From positions 43,028,001 through 43,092,000 of the forward strand of contig OX597832.1 in the NCBI GenBank assembly GCA_951406725.2: a stretch of 64,000 bases of DNA, written 5' to 3'. The position numbers and the translations under genes are program-made. The stretch is from Octopus vulgaris. Taxonomy: Eukaryota. The notes beneath the pieces are model-generated. The model did no database searches, was not told where the DNA came from, and was given only the letters and a program-made list of their open reading frames with translations. Positions 27,501 through 42,260 of this stretch are shown here, piece by piece. The stretch's first letter is position 1; every line of letters starts with the position of its first letter.

Positions 27501-27641
27501 ATTATGTAAATAGAGGAATTTATGTGTAAATGTAATATGTGACAATTATTCGGTAGCCATCTTAAAACTCGGAGTTTTATCATGACTACCGAATAATTCT
27601 CACATATTACATTTACACATAAATTCCTCTATTTACATAAT
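27501..27641. repeat. ~70-bp-arm palindrome centred at 27571, flanked by (TA)n/(TG)n
   Basis: ATTATGTAAATAGAGGAATTTATGTGTAAATGTAATATGTGA...TAAAACTC-G-GAGTTTTA...TCACATATTACATTTACACATAAATTCCTCTATTTACATAAT. Confidence 0.9.
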
Positions 27642-27860
27642 GTGTGTGCGCGTGTGTTTGTGTGTATGTATGTATATATGTGTGTGAGTATATATAATAT
27701 ATATATGCGTCTGTGTGCCTGCCTGTATGTATGTATGTATGTCAGTCTTTATGATTGACAAGAGATGATTAATTACAAAACTCAATATAAATGTAGAGTA
27801 TGTTTTTATGACATTTTAACTGAATGTCTTTAACTTTCAGACGCACACACACGTACACAC

Positions 27861-27898
<38 letters not shown>

Positions 27899-28046
27899 GC
27901 GCACACATACACACATATATATGTATGTAAGTATAAATGTACCTCTACATGCATAAATGTATACATGTATATATATTTTTAATGTACGTATTAATGTATG
28001 TATATATACATGCATACATACATACATACATACATACATACATACA

Positions 28047-28216
<170 letters not shown>

Positions 28217-28292
28217 GTGGGATGGTTAGTGATTTTGGTTTACAGACGGCATAACGTACTAAGAAAAATAGTTTTATTTTCCATTGTATCAG

Positions 28293-28334
28293 AACAGCAA
28301 CCGGATGAAGGCACACAAAAGAAAAGTCCACCCG
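28293..28334 (+). CDS. Candidate 42-nt micro-exon, (E)[13 protein letters not shown]
   Basis: Polypyrimidine acceptor GTTTTATTTTCCATTGTATCAG, donor CCG|GTATGG, open symmetric phase 1-1, in unique sequence. Confidence 0.3.
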
Positions 28335-28820
28335 GTATGGAGCGAGAGGTGTGTACGTAACGTTAGTTTATCAATCAACCATTACGACACGGATGAAAGA
28401 AAAGGTAACAACGGTATTATATAAGAAGGAAAGACAATTGTAGAGACGAACATTTGATCATTTTAAGCTTGAAAAGGTTTCCCAAATCTAATTAAATCAC
28501 TTGATTTGTTAGTCAATGAATTATGCACGTGAACTACTAAGAATGGCAAAAGTTAGGAATATTTTAGTAGACTTCATCAAAGCGAGAATACTAAAATACT
28601 TTGGACACTTAATTAGAAAAAAATAGTTTACAGAGACTATTAGTAGAAGAGAAAATGAAATAGGAATAAAAGAAAACGGAAAGGGGGAAAAAAAGCAAGA
28701 ATTTCATGCATGAATATTACCAAGAATTGGACAGATATAAAACATAGTGAATGTAATAAGGGCAATAGAACGAACAGACCGAGATTTGGTGACCCGTGGC
28801 ATTATGCTTGCTGAGAGCGT

Positions 28821-28867
28821 ATGATGATGATGATGATGACGACAACCATAATGATGATGATGATGAA

Positions 28868-28925
<58 letters not shown>

Positions 28926-29046
28926 GCAAGAACGACAAAGACGACAATGACATTCATGATTATGATGCTGCTGCTACTGATGATGATGATGAAATTGATT
29001 ATTTATATGATGATGCTGCCGTCAACAACGACGACGGCGATGATGA

Positions 29047-29078
<32 letters not shown>

Positions 29079-29105
29079 ATGATGATGATGATGATGATGA
29101 TGATT

Positions 29106-29140
<35 letters not shown>

Positions 29141-29169
29141 GATGATGATGATGATGATGATGGTGATGG

Positions 29170-29206
<37 letters not shown>

Positions 29207-29235
29207 GATGATGATGATGATGATGATGGTGATGG

Positions 29236-29330
<95 letters not shown>

Positions 29331-29348
29331 GTGATGGTGATGATGATG

Positions 29349-29380
<32 letters not shown>

Positions 29381-29515
29381 GAGGGAAATGACGCCCATGA
29401 CGACGACTACGACGACGATGATGACGATGACAACGCAGACATCAATGACGTTGATGAGGAGGAGAATGTTGATGACGACGACGAAGACGAAGACGATAAT
29501 GATGACGACGATCAA

Positions 29516-29550
<35 letters not shown>

Positions 29551-29609
29551 CAACGACGACGACGTTGACGATGATGGCGATGATGACGATGGTGATAATG
29601 ATGATGATG

Positions 29610-29641
<32 letters not shown>

Positions 29642-29663
29642 GATGATGATGACGACGATGATA

Positions 29664-29744
<81 letters not shown>

Positions 29745-29867
29745 GTGATGGTGATGATGATGCTTGTGATGGTGATGGTTTGAGGATGATGATGATGGTG
29801 ATGGGGATGATGGTGATGATAATGATGGTGATGGGGATGATGGTGATGATAATGATGGTGATGATGG

Positions 29868-29925
<58 letters not shown>
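28821..29925. repeat. Very long imperfect (GAT)n array
   Basis: Direct reading; it gives poly-D/M/H/S/I pseudo-ORFs. Confidence 0.95.
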
Positions 29926-29927
<2 letters not shown>

Positions 29928-30239
29928 GGAGAAAGAGGTGGTGTACGATGTCGACATTTTTAACGGATAGTGTGTAGTATAGCCAGCGGGTGACGGTGTT
30001 TCCTGAGGCTAAAACAACAGTAACATTCATCCCAACCAGGACTGCCACATTGTGTTGGCAAATAATCTTTACTTAAAAATAAAATAACTGACAAAATAAT
30101 GTCGTCTGGAATTGAAATGAATTTAAAAGAAAACCAAATCAATAATTATCACCGAAGTGAAATAGACAATTGATTGATCTGAAATCCATTTCATCAACCC
30201 GTAATTTTTTTGAGAACAGATGACTGCTGGCGGTGTCGA

Positions 30240-30316
30240 TTATGATGAATTACGATGGCGTTAATGACGATGATGATGATGGTGATAATGATGATGATGA
30301 TGACATTGACGATGAC

Positions 30317-30366
<50 letters not shown>

Positions 30367-30406
30367 CGACGATGATGATGACGATGATGATGATGATGAT
30401 GATGAA

Positions 30407-30449
<43 letters not shown>

Positions 30450-30479
30450 GTGATGATGACGATTATGATATTGATGATG

Positions 30480-30543
<64 letters not shown>

Positions 30544-30618
30544 CGATGATGATGATGATGGTGGTGATAATGGTGATGATGATGATGATGGTGATGATGA
30601 TAATGATGACGATGATGG

Positions 30619-30678
<60 letters not shown>

Positions 30679-30780
30679 CGATGATGATGAAGACGATTTG
30701 AATATGCATGGTGATGATGACGATGCTGACGATGACGATGAAGACAACGCCGACGATGACGACGATGACGATGATGATAA
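30240..30780. repeat. (GAT)n array
   Basis: Direct reading. Confidence 0.95.
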
Positions 30781-31031
30781 CTGGGATATTTTTGCAACCA
30801 GAAAACAGGAAATGTTGAATAGGAATAAAAATATTTAACAAAAAAAAAAAATTGAGATAGTTACAAAATCGTTTGAAAACAAATAATAATATCAAACGCG
30901 AAAGATACTAATACCAAGAATCATTAATATGGAAAAACAGACGATATTTAGAATGTATTCAATGCTGCAGTCTGCTACAGTGTGGTACATAGAGTTGAAA
31001 CATGGCGATTAACTATCAATTATATTACGGA

Positions 31032-31418
31032 CTAGCAGTATCGCCCGGCGTTGCTCGGGTTTGTAACGGAAATAAATATAAAGCATTTTTAGAGAGTTAT
31101 AGCCAAAAAATAGCAAAAAAAAATGGGGAAAAAATGATGGTAAATTTTCTTTGAGAGTTAAAAAGGTCGAGTTGCGTCCCCTAGACAGGCTGTGGTTTGT
31201 GTTTCTTATTCTCGACCCCATGTCGAATTTATCGATTTTTTTTCAGAACTGGGGGAACTTTTCAAAATTTTCGCTGCGTTAATTTTGAATTATGACATTG
31301 GGCTATGTGTGTGTCAAGTTTCATCAGAATCGGTTGAAAGCCGTGGTCAGGGTGAGGGTACAACCTAACAGACACACAGACACGCAGACAGACAAACTGC
31401 CGTTTATATAGAGAGAGA
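31032..31418 (-). mobile_element. Non-autonomous Helitron
   Basis: The minus strand begins A|TCTCTCTCTATATAAA, carries a (CTGT)n tract near the 5' end, and ends with the GC-rich hairpin CCCGAGC-AAC-GCCGGG followed by CTAG|T. It is inserted between A and T without a TSD. Confidence 0.85.
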
Positions 31419-31609
31419 TCCTTTAGATGTGGGCATATGGAAGTCATTTGAAAATCTGGTGGTCACTATACAAAACGTAGAAAGAAGACCTAAAAATAGC
31501 AAAAAATTAAGAAAATTATTTTATTAGTCACTATCAGAGATAATTAAAATATTTTGGACATTTAATTAAATTGAAATAACACAAGTTATTCAATGATATT
31601 GTTAAATGT

Positions 31610-31832
31610 ATGCACAACGAATAGGAAGATCAAAAGGAAAGCAGGGTGGGGGGTGGGGGTGGAAATCCGAGAATTTGCCAACGGATAATATCAATAACTG
31701 TGAAGGCTCGAAAACATATTGTCCTTTATAAAGGACAGTCCAAGGATGACACAAAGATGGTTGAAGATCAGAAGAATGACAGAGATGGTGACGATCCATG
31801 GTATTCATTTGCGGAGAACAGTTGGCGATAGC

Positions 31833-31883
<51 letters not shown>

Positions 31884-31927
31884 GATAGTGATGGTGATGA
31901 TGATGATGATGATGATGATGGTGATGG

Positions 31928-31987
<60 letters not shown>

Positions 31988-32010
31988 CGATGATGATGAC
32001 GATGATGATG
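31610..32010 (+). mobile_element. Probable degenerate RTE LINE 3' end with expanded (GAT)n tail
   Basis: GRSKGKQG..., TDNIN... and RW*RSMV motifs, followed by (GAT)n from 31832. Confidence 0.45.
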
Positions 32011-32366
32011 AAGAGGAAAAGGAGGAGGAGGAGGAGGAGGTGGAGGTGGTGGGGAGAAAAAGACGATGATGAGGGGGAAGGAAACTGAGAATTATGATGG
32101 GTGACAACGACAATGCTGACGACGGTAACGAACACATAAAAATTACAGAAACGATACAAACACTTAAATAATAATGAAGGAATGAAAAGATGATGAAAAT
32201 TTGAAAATTGTGAAGTCGAAAGAGGGAAAGTGAAGTAGCGAGTGAAATGAGAGGAAGAAGGAGAAAACAGAAAATAGATATTTGAATAAACTGTATTTTA
32301 ATTTTTTTATGAATATACACTATCACACGCAATCAGAAACAAGCATCTATATAAATATACCTACAT

Positions 32367-32410
<44 letters not shown>

Positions 32411-32429
32411 ACACATATATATATATATA

Positions 32430-32640
32430 AAGTTAATCCAAACATGAAAACACAAAAAGAAAACAAAGCAACGCGAGGACGTGGAACAAGTATCGTATTA
32501 TTGGACGCTCAGGAAAGAAGGGAAGAAGGATGGCTCAACGTTTCGAGCGGAGCTTTTCGTCAGAAACATAGGAAAAAGGAAAGATCCAGAGAAGGGAAGA
32601 CGGAGGGGAAAAAATCGCCAACGGTACACACGCGGTCACA
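32430..32640 (-). mobile_element. P1 hammerhead-bearing fragment (motif 32533-32567)
   Basis: Reverse complement of 7858-8052; reads GTTT-CTGACGA-A-AAG ctccg CTC-GAAACGTT. Confidence 0.78.
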
Positions 32641-32643
32641 TTC

Positions 32644-32717
<74 letters not shown>

Positions 32718-33025
32718 TACATATACATCTGTGTGTGTGTGTGTGTGTCTGTAAACATTTATGCAGTTTTTAAATCCGAAACAATGCAAAATGAAATACA
32801 AAAGTGAAAACTGAATAACTGTTGAAGTTTCAGTTTGTACATTTTTCATCGATGTGTTTCCACTATTTGAATATGAAGTGAACTGGAATATAATAGTCCT
32901 GACATTCATATATTTTGGGTCGGAGACAATTTATGTCGAATGCAAAGAAGGCCAGAGAGTTAGTAATGAGGAATATGATATGGCTTTAAAATCCGCTATC
33001 AGATCTTAGAATCCGGAAAGGCAGG

Positions 33026-33100
<75 letters not shown>

Positions 33101-33120
33101 GTGCATATATATACATATAT

Positions 33121-33440
33121 GTGGAGGTGCAATGGCCCAGTGGTTAGGGCAGGAGACTCGCGGTCGTAGGATCGCAGTTTCGATTCCCAGACCGGGCGTT
33201 AAAAATATCTAAAGCTCCACGAGGCTCCAGAAACAGTGAACTCAGCTGTAGAAATGAGTAGTGACGTCATTGGTGCCAAGGTGTATCGACCTTTGCCTTT
33301 CCCTTGGACAACATCAGTAGTGCAGAGAGGGGAGGCTGGTATGCATGGGCGACTGCTGGCCTTCCATAAACAACCTTGCCCTGCCCTGTGCCTCGGAGAG
33401 TAACTTTCTAGGTGCAATCTCATGACCAAGTGGGTCTTTT
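33121..33440 (+). mobile_element. SINE with a family-C tRNA head but a different body (chimeric or sister family)
   Basis: 33121-33228 matches 58203-58320; the downstream sequence is unrelated to the family C body. Confidence 0.7.
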
Positions 33441-33441
33441 C

Positions 33442-33501
<60 letters not shown>

Positions 33502-33801
33502 AAACAAACATACACACTTTTACATTATTTACATACATATAAACAGAGGAAGCAAGATAAATATATACATGATTGGATGGATGGATTAGTGTACAGATAG
33601 GTAAACAAACATAGATAGAGAGATGAATTCAGTAATGTATATATAGACGTGTGTGTGTATGTGTGTGAGTAAGCATAGATTCACACATATATCAATCTTT
33701 TTATCTATCTATATGTATGCATGTTTGACATACGTGTTATGTACATATACACATATACACACACATGTACATACATTCATGCATGGACACATACAGACAT
33801 A

Positions 33802-33876
<75 letters not shown>

Positions 33877-33893
33877 GCACGCACACATTCTTG

Positions 33894-33927
<34 letters not shown>

Positions 33928-33957
33928 AACACATACGCATACATGGGTATATATATG

Positions 33958-33989
<32 letters not shown>

Positions 33990-34105
33990 CATACATACAT
34001 ATATATATAAGCACACACACATTCTTGGGTATACATATATATATATACACAAACGGATACACATACATGGGTATATATATGTATATATATATATATGTAT
34101 ATATG

Positions 34106-34149
<44 letters not shown>

Positions 34150-34190
34150 GTTTCAGCTCAGAGCTGCGGCCATGCTGATTTACCGCCGTT

Positions 34191-34291
<101 letters not shown>

Positions 34292-34710
34292 CGTTTGCTC
34301 TGGCTACGGTTACGTCTACTTGATGGGTTTTAATAAATTTCATTCCGTTCCGTTTGATGTTGTTGACTTCGGTGTTGGTATTTAAATTTGGCAATCCCAT
34401 AGACAACATCACAACCTTAGAAGTGGAACTGAGGTGATTTATTTGTGTATACACACATCCAAACATTCGCCTTCAAATATACATAACCCTTAGAAACAGA
34501 GAGAGATATGTAAACAAACAATACACACGTGCACACACATTCGTACGTATATATATACACGTAAAAACGCCCGCGCACACGCACAAACAAACACACGCAC
34601 ACACACACACACAGACACACATATGCACATACTTGTGTGTGTTTGTGTGTGTATAAGTGTATTGAAAAAGCTTGTACATATTTTGTGTGTGGAAATATAT
34701 GTACATGTAC

Positions 34711-34787
<77 letters not shown>

Positions 34788-34890
34788 GTAAATATAGTTA
34801 TAAATATACGTACATTTATACTTATATACATATGCATATAGACATATCTACACAATCACACATTAGCGTGAGTGTCTATATATATATATA

Positions 34891-35275
34891 TAGGCGTAGG
34901 AGTGGCTTCCTTACGAACCACATGGTCCCGGGTTCAGTCCCACTGCGCGGCACTTTCGGCAATTGTCTTCTACTGTAGCCTCGGGCCGACCAAAAACTCG
35001 TGAGTGGATTTGGTTGACGGAAACTGAAAGAAACCCGTCGTATATATGTATATATATATATATGTATGTATGTGTTTGTGTGTCAGTGTTTGTCCCCCAA
35101 ACATCGCTTGACAACCCCGTAACTTAGCGGTTCGGCAAAAGAGACCGATAGAATAAGTACTAGGCTTACAAAGAATGAATCCTGAGGTCGATTTGCTCGA
35201 CTAAAGGCGGTGCACCAGCATGGCCGCAGTCAAGTGACTGAAACAAGTAAAAGAGTAAAAGATAGTAAAAGAGAC
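34891..35275 (+). mobile_element. SINE family A
   Basis: Homologous to 1855-2272. Confidence 0.88.
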
Positions 35276-35277
35276 TA

Positions 35278-35329
<52 letters not shown>

Positions 35330-35332
<3 letters not shown>

Positions 35333-35480
35333 CTCTCCCTGTTTTTTTCTTGTACCTTTCTGTAGAAGAGCGTAGGCTCGAAACATAAAAGACTTTTACT
35401 ATTCCTGAGCGTTATACTAATACATCTGTTTGTTTTTACCCCACCTGTCTCCGTCTTTTGGTTTTTTCATAAACTCTCCC
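35330..35480 (+). mobile_element. P2 fragment with variant hammerhead (35356-35391)
   Basis: CTTT-CTGTAGA-A-GAGC gtag GCTC-GAAA-CA-TA-AAAG. Confidence 0.72.
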
Positions 35481-35497
35481 TATATACATATATACAT

Positions 35498-35552
<55 letters not shown>

Positions 35553-36041
35553 CATATACATATATACCCACTCGTAAACACACACACACACACACGGATG
35601 CATATCGAAACAATCCGACGCGCAATTTTGCTTAGTAAAAGCCCGTAGCTCTAGCAGAAGGCACGAGTATATTACGTCGGATAAATACCGAATACATTGA
35701 GATTGGTTTGATAACAGATCGAGTGCTGCCTCATCGCAATCAGCCGCTGTATTATTTGTTATTTCTTTGGTTGTTTCATGTTTTTACACAGAGTATAATG
35801 GCATCAATACTTCAATATTCGACCGCGTCTTCTGTACTATTAATTAACTTATTAATTATTTAATTAATTAAGTCACACACATTCACATACGTACACACTC
35901 GCACACATATATATATTTGCTTGCGTGTTTGTGTGTATATGTATGTATACATAATAGATATGTACATATATGGATGGATGTTTCTTTGTGCGCGCGCACA
36001 TAACCACCAACCCACCCATATATATATATATGTGTATATAT

Positions 36042-36108
<67 letters not shown>

Positions 36109-36592
36109 CATATATACTTATATGTACACATATATATATATATAATATACTTATATGTACATATATATATATATATATATACACATACACACACATACAT
36201 GCACATATATATTTATTTATTTATTTGTGCACACATATACACACACACACACACACATATATATATACAGAGAGAGAGACAGAGAGACAGAGAGAGAGAG
36301 AGGGAAAGAGAGATGGGAATGAGGGAAGGAAAGAAGGAGAATGAAAGAGAGATGGATGGATGGGGGGAGAGGGAGGGAGGAAAGAGTTAGAGAGAGAGAG
36401 AGAGAGAGAGAGAGACCAGTTAGTACTATGTTGATTTGATGATAAGCCACTCTAGATATGGCTTTTCAACGACAGCTTGTTCTGAAATCTATCATAATCA
36501 TCATCATCGTCATCATCATCATCATTGTCATTATCATCATTATCATCACCATCATCATTATTACATCCATTTTTATATCCACCACCACCACC

Positions 36593-36642
<50 letters not shown>

Positions 36643-37399
36643 TATCTTTATCTTGATAATTTTTTTTTATCGCTTTCATCATTGATGTCGTTGTTGTCGT
36701 CGTCGCCTTCATCATCATTATCATCATCGTTATCATCAACTTGAAAGTCTTCATCACCATTATCTTCTTCATAAATCTACTGCAGCCTTGACATAGTTTT
36801 TTTATTATTTTTTTTTTTTTGCTGCTGTTGTCATTACAGAGGAAAACATCTGCCTATATTTACCTCGATCTAAATAGATGTCTCTCATAAACAGCGGGTC
36901 GATGGCAGAACACTTCTCTTTTACAATTCGTGTTCTACTTCCATTATTAAAGACTTTACTTCACATCCTTTCTGAAGCGACATTAATGAATATTACTAAC
37001 ATTCTGGGCTCTTTATACCTGACATTAATTTCTATTAATATGTCTGACTTCCTTTTCATATCAACTCACCTGTGAGAGTGATTAATGTGATGGTACAAAC
37101 TTTCTACTGTAAAGTGATTTAAAATAAAAGACTACATCAAAATTCATGTTATATTTCAAATAAGACAAGATGGCAAAATCGTGTGAAACGTCAGTCAAAA
37201 TCCTTAACGGCAATTCCCTCAGCTCCTTACGTTGTCAAATCCCACCAATATCAACTTTGCCGTTCGACTTATTGCAATCGATGAAACAATGAACCAGTCA
37301 AGTACTGAAGACGTACTCTTCCTCTGAAAATTACTGGTCTGGTGCCAAAATTAGTAAGAATTTAATATTCTTTACCCATTATTATTGTTATTATTATTA

Positions 37400-37615
37400 A
37401 GGTGGTGAGCTGGCAGAATCGTTAGCACGCCGGGCGAAATGCTTAGCAGCATTTCGTTTGCTGCTACTTTCTGAGTTCAAATTCCGCTGAGGTCCACTTT
37501 GACTCTCATCCTTTCGATGGGGGTCGATAAATTAAGTAACAGTGAAACATTGGGGTTGATATAATCGACTAGTTCTCTCCTCCAAAATTTCAGGCCTTGT
37601 GTCTATAGTAGAAAG
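37400..37615 (+). mobile_element. SINE family B (an older copy precedes it at ~37165-37350)
   Basis: Homology to the other family B copies. Confidence 0.85.
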
Positions 37616-37862
37616 GAAGACGACAACGACGATGATGACGATGATGATGATGATGATGATGATGACCTTCATCATCATCATCATCATCATCATCATTATT
37701 ATCATCCTCATCGTTATTAGGCATCTAGCTCACAGAAACGTTAGAGCGTCGGATAAAGTGTCCTGGCTACGTGCCCACCTGGTCTGAGTGTTTTGTAAGT
37801 GTTAAACTACTACAAGGTGCTAATGCGTCCAATGTTAGGTTCATGGGTTCTTGGAGAATTTG

Positions 37863-37920
<58 letters not shown>

Positions 37921-39007
37921 CGTTATCTGGCGTTGATTTTGGACGGAGGCCAACAAGCAGAAGGAATAAAAGAAGGGGATGGAGGGGGAAGGTAGGATAA
38001 AATACGAACCACGAGGAGAGCGTAAAGTGCCACTGAGAAACCCTCACCCCACTCGCCAGGTCTTTCCTTGTACATACGAGGAGTTCGTCCTTTTACAGAC
38101 CAATAACTCAATCATGTCTGCACCATGGCCACCACCACTTTTAACAAACGGTGTGAAAAGTGTATGTCTACATATGGTGGTGGTGGTGGTGGTGATGGTG
38201 GTTGCAGTGGTAGTGGTGGTGGTGGTGGTTGCAGCGGTAGTGGTGGTGGTGGCTCTGCTGCTGCTGATGGTGGTGGCGGCGGCGTTAGTCGCGGTGGCGG
38301 CGGTGGCGGTAGTGGTGGTAGTAGTTGCAGTGGAGGTGGTCATGGTTGCAGTGGAGGTGGTCGTGGTTGCAGTGGAGGTGGTCGTGGTAGTGGTTGCAGT
38401 GGTTGCAGGGATGGCAGAGGTTGCAGTGGAGGTCGTGGTTGTAGGGGCTAATTATGATGACGAGGCAATGGCGGTGACTACAGTAGACTAAGGGTGAAGA
38501 TGGTGAAGGCTGCCGTCGAATCAAGATGGCGAGAATAAATTAGTAATAGCTAAGATATTGTGATTGATGGTACGCTGACTAGTCAGTCGCTTGATTGGCT
38601 AGCTGGTTGGTTGGTTGGATGGTTGCTTACTTGCTTGGTTGCTTGCTTGGTTTCTTGCTTGATTGCTTGCTTGTTTGCTTGCTTGCTTGTAGCTACGGAT
38701 AGATGAATATTGATGGCGTTGCGATGATAGGTTTGACTGATCGTTGTCTTAGCTTTCGTTGCTGGAATATGTGATGAGCAAGCTTTTAGAGACATTTGGG
38801 ATCTGCAGAGACGGCAACAGATAAATAGACAAATGAATAAATGCATAAATGAATAGATGGAGATATGTTGAGGATAAGAGAGAGGGGGGGGAAAACTTTG
38901 TTAAACAAAATCAAGGAAATGGAGAAGAAGAGAACGTAAATCAAGGCAGAAAAGGAACGACGTAAGAGAAAGAAAAAGAAAAGCGTTATAAAGGGAATGA
39001 TACAAGA

Positions 39008-39038
<31 letters not shown>

Positions 39039-39220
39039 AAGAGAGACAGAGAGAGACAGAAACAGAAAGACAGACAGACAGACAGAAAGGCAGGCAGACA
39101 TAGATAGAGAGACAGGCAGACGATAGAGACACAGACAGAAAGATAAGCAAAAAAAGAGACAGACAGAGTGAGAGTGAGAGAGGAAGGTGCGGAGGCAGGT
39201 AGTCTGAGAGAAACAGATAG

Positions 39221-39261
<41 letters not shown>

Positions 39262-39744
39262 TTGAAACAGACAGACAGACAGACAGACAGAAATAGAACG
39301 AAAGAGACAGAGAAAAAGAGAAACAGAGAGAGCAAAAGAAAAAAAGCGGAAAACGAAGAAAAAAGCAGAAAAATAACAACAACAACAACAACAACAACAA
39401 TAATAATAATAACAATAATAATAATAATAACAATAATGGTAACAATGACTAGAGAACGGCATAAAAAGATTGACTGAAAATAAAAGAAGAAATAGGACAT
39501 TTACAACGTCGGCGTGAACATAGCAATCGCTTAATTTCTCTATCGATCTGCCCACATCTGTTCGCCATAGAATCTACCTTCGATGTAGTCCAAGCGAAAG
39601 GCACACTAACCTCATGCTATCCTTGTCATCTCGCTTCCCTCTCGCACTATACGTACGTTTGTCTGCATGCATGTATGTAAGTATGTATGTATGTATGCGT
39701 GTATCTATTTTTGAATATATATGTATATATACATACGCGCACAC

Positions 39745-39792
<48 letters not shown>

Positions 39793-39818
39793 GTATATAA
39801 ATATATGTATATATATAT

Positions 39819-39893
<75 letters not shown>

Positions 39894-40029
39894 ATATACA
39901 TATATATATACAGTTTTTCTCAGTTATCTTTTGCCTTGTATTATTTTGTATTGTATTTGTGTGCAATGCTATTAGCTTGCTTGTTTTTTAGCTTCGTCCG
40001 ATATATTTTCTTGTTGCTGTCGTCATCAT

Positions 40030-40470
<441 letters not shown>

Positions 40471-40778
40471 CTCTGTTATCTAGATGGCAATCTCTCCATG
40501 CTTCAGCGCTTGCAGAATTCTACATTATAGCTGAGATAGGGATAGAAGGGAGAAAAAGAAAATATAACTATAGGATGAAAGAGAGTGAGTGAAAGAGCGA
40601 GAGAGGGAGAGAAAGAAAGAAAGAGGAAGAAAGTGGGAGAAAGGGAGAGAACAAGACAAAGATTATATTAAGTGTGTCTGTATCCATGTGTTACGTATGT
40701 GTGTACGTGAGTATTAGTGTGTGTACGAGTGTGTGAGTGAGCTTCAACATCTATATTTCTGTATTGATCTCTGTATGC

Positions 40779-40903
<125 letters not shown>

Positions 40904-40959
40904 CGTACATACATGCATACAAACATACATGCACTCACACGCGCATACATACAAACATA

Positions 40960-41038
<79 letters not shown>

Positions 41039-41169
41039 TATTATTATTATTATTATTATTACACACATTCAAAGTTACATAGATACACGCGACCGCCAGC
41101 ACTAGTTTTCTATATACAATATATATGTGAACATGTGTGTGTGTGCACGCGTATATATCTGTGCGTGTG

Positions 41170-41231
<62 letters not shown>

Positions 41232-41680
41232 TATATATGTGTATTTACATGTATATACATATGTGTGTACGTGCGCCAGTGTGCGTGCCTTGCTTGCCTG
41301 TGCCAGTGAATAAGAGAAAAAGTAACAATGATAAATGTAAAATATGCGAAAAGTCAGGAAGAAAGCTGTGGATGTAAATGCGAGGTGAAGAATAAAAAGG
41401 GGAAATGAAAGAGAGAAAAGAAAGAGAGAGAGAGAGAGAGAGAGTGGGGAGAGAGGAGAAGAGAGATTAGGGAAGTTGCAAAACAGGAAGAGGATAGAGA
41501 GAGGTGAGAAGAAAAGAATTGGCATTCACAGAAATGGATCACTAATGTACAAGACTGTGTTTGTGTCGAAAAATGCAGATACATAAATATATAGCTACTC
41601 TATCACACACACACATACACATACACATACATATCTATAGATATGAGTAGCCAGCATAAAACTACAATTTAATCCTTTTA

Positions 41681-41732
<52 letters not shown>

Positions 41733-41994
41733 GTGTGTGTATAAATATATGAATTTATATAAATAAGGATAAGATCGTTAATTTAAATATCGATCATATC
41801 AGGTGGCCAGCACGTGAATAAAAACCTTCAAAGGTAATAATTATTATTAAAATAATAATTTAGGGTATCTAAGAGATACCACCATGCAGGAAATAGCATC
41901 CAAAACTTGACTCTAAAACTACATTAAATGTTCATATAGCACCAGGAGATTAGACAAAGAGACAAAATAAACTAGCAAAAAAATTACTGGATAA

Positions 41995-42051
41995 TTCCAG
42001 ATCCAGGATTTCTGGCTCTGCATAAGAAAAGCTTTGCTTTCATCAGTGGAA
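41995..42051 (-). ncRNA. Type I hammerhead motif with a degenerate stem II
   Basis: Minus strand TTCCA-CTGATGA-(27 nt)-GAAA-TCC T GGA-TC-TGGAA: 5-bp stem I, palindromic stem III, AUC triplet. Confidence 0.6.
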
Positions 42052-42059
42052 TATACTGA

Positions 42060-42092
42060 TAGATAGATAGATAGTTAGATAGATAGGCAGAC

Positions 42093-42178
<86 letters not shown>

Positions 42179-42184
42179 GCAGAC

Positions 42185-42260
<76 letters not shown>

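Noticed and set aside
28796-29977. 393-aa poly-Asp ORF (aspein-like acidic biomineral protein?)
   Set aside because: It is a (GAT)n microsatellite, open in several frames on both strands, with no credible signal peptide and a drift into poly-Met. The same applies to 30233-30838 and 31719-32069.
38125-38451. Gly/Cys/Ser-rich ORF resembling keratin-associated or cuticle proteins
   Set aside because: It is a degenerate (GGT)n/GTTGCAGTG repeat that is open in multiple frames, with no splice or signal-peptide support.
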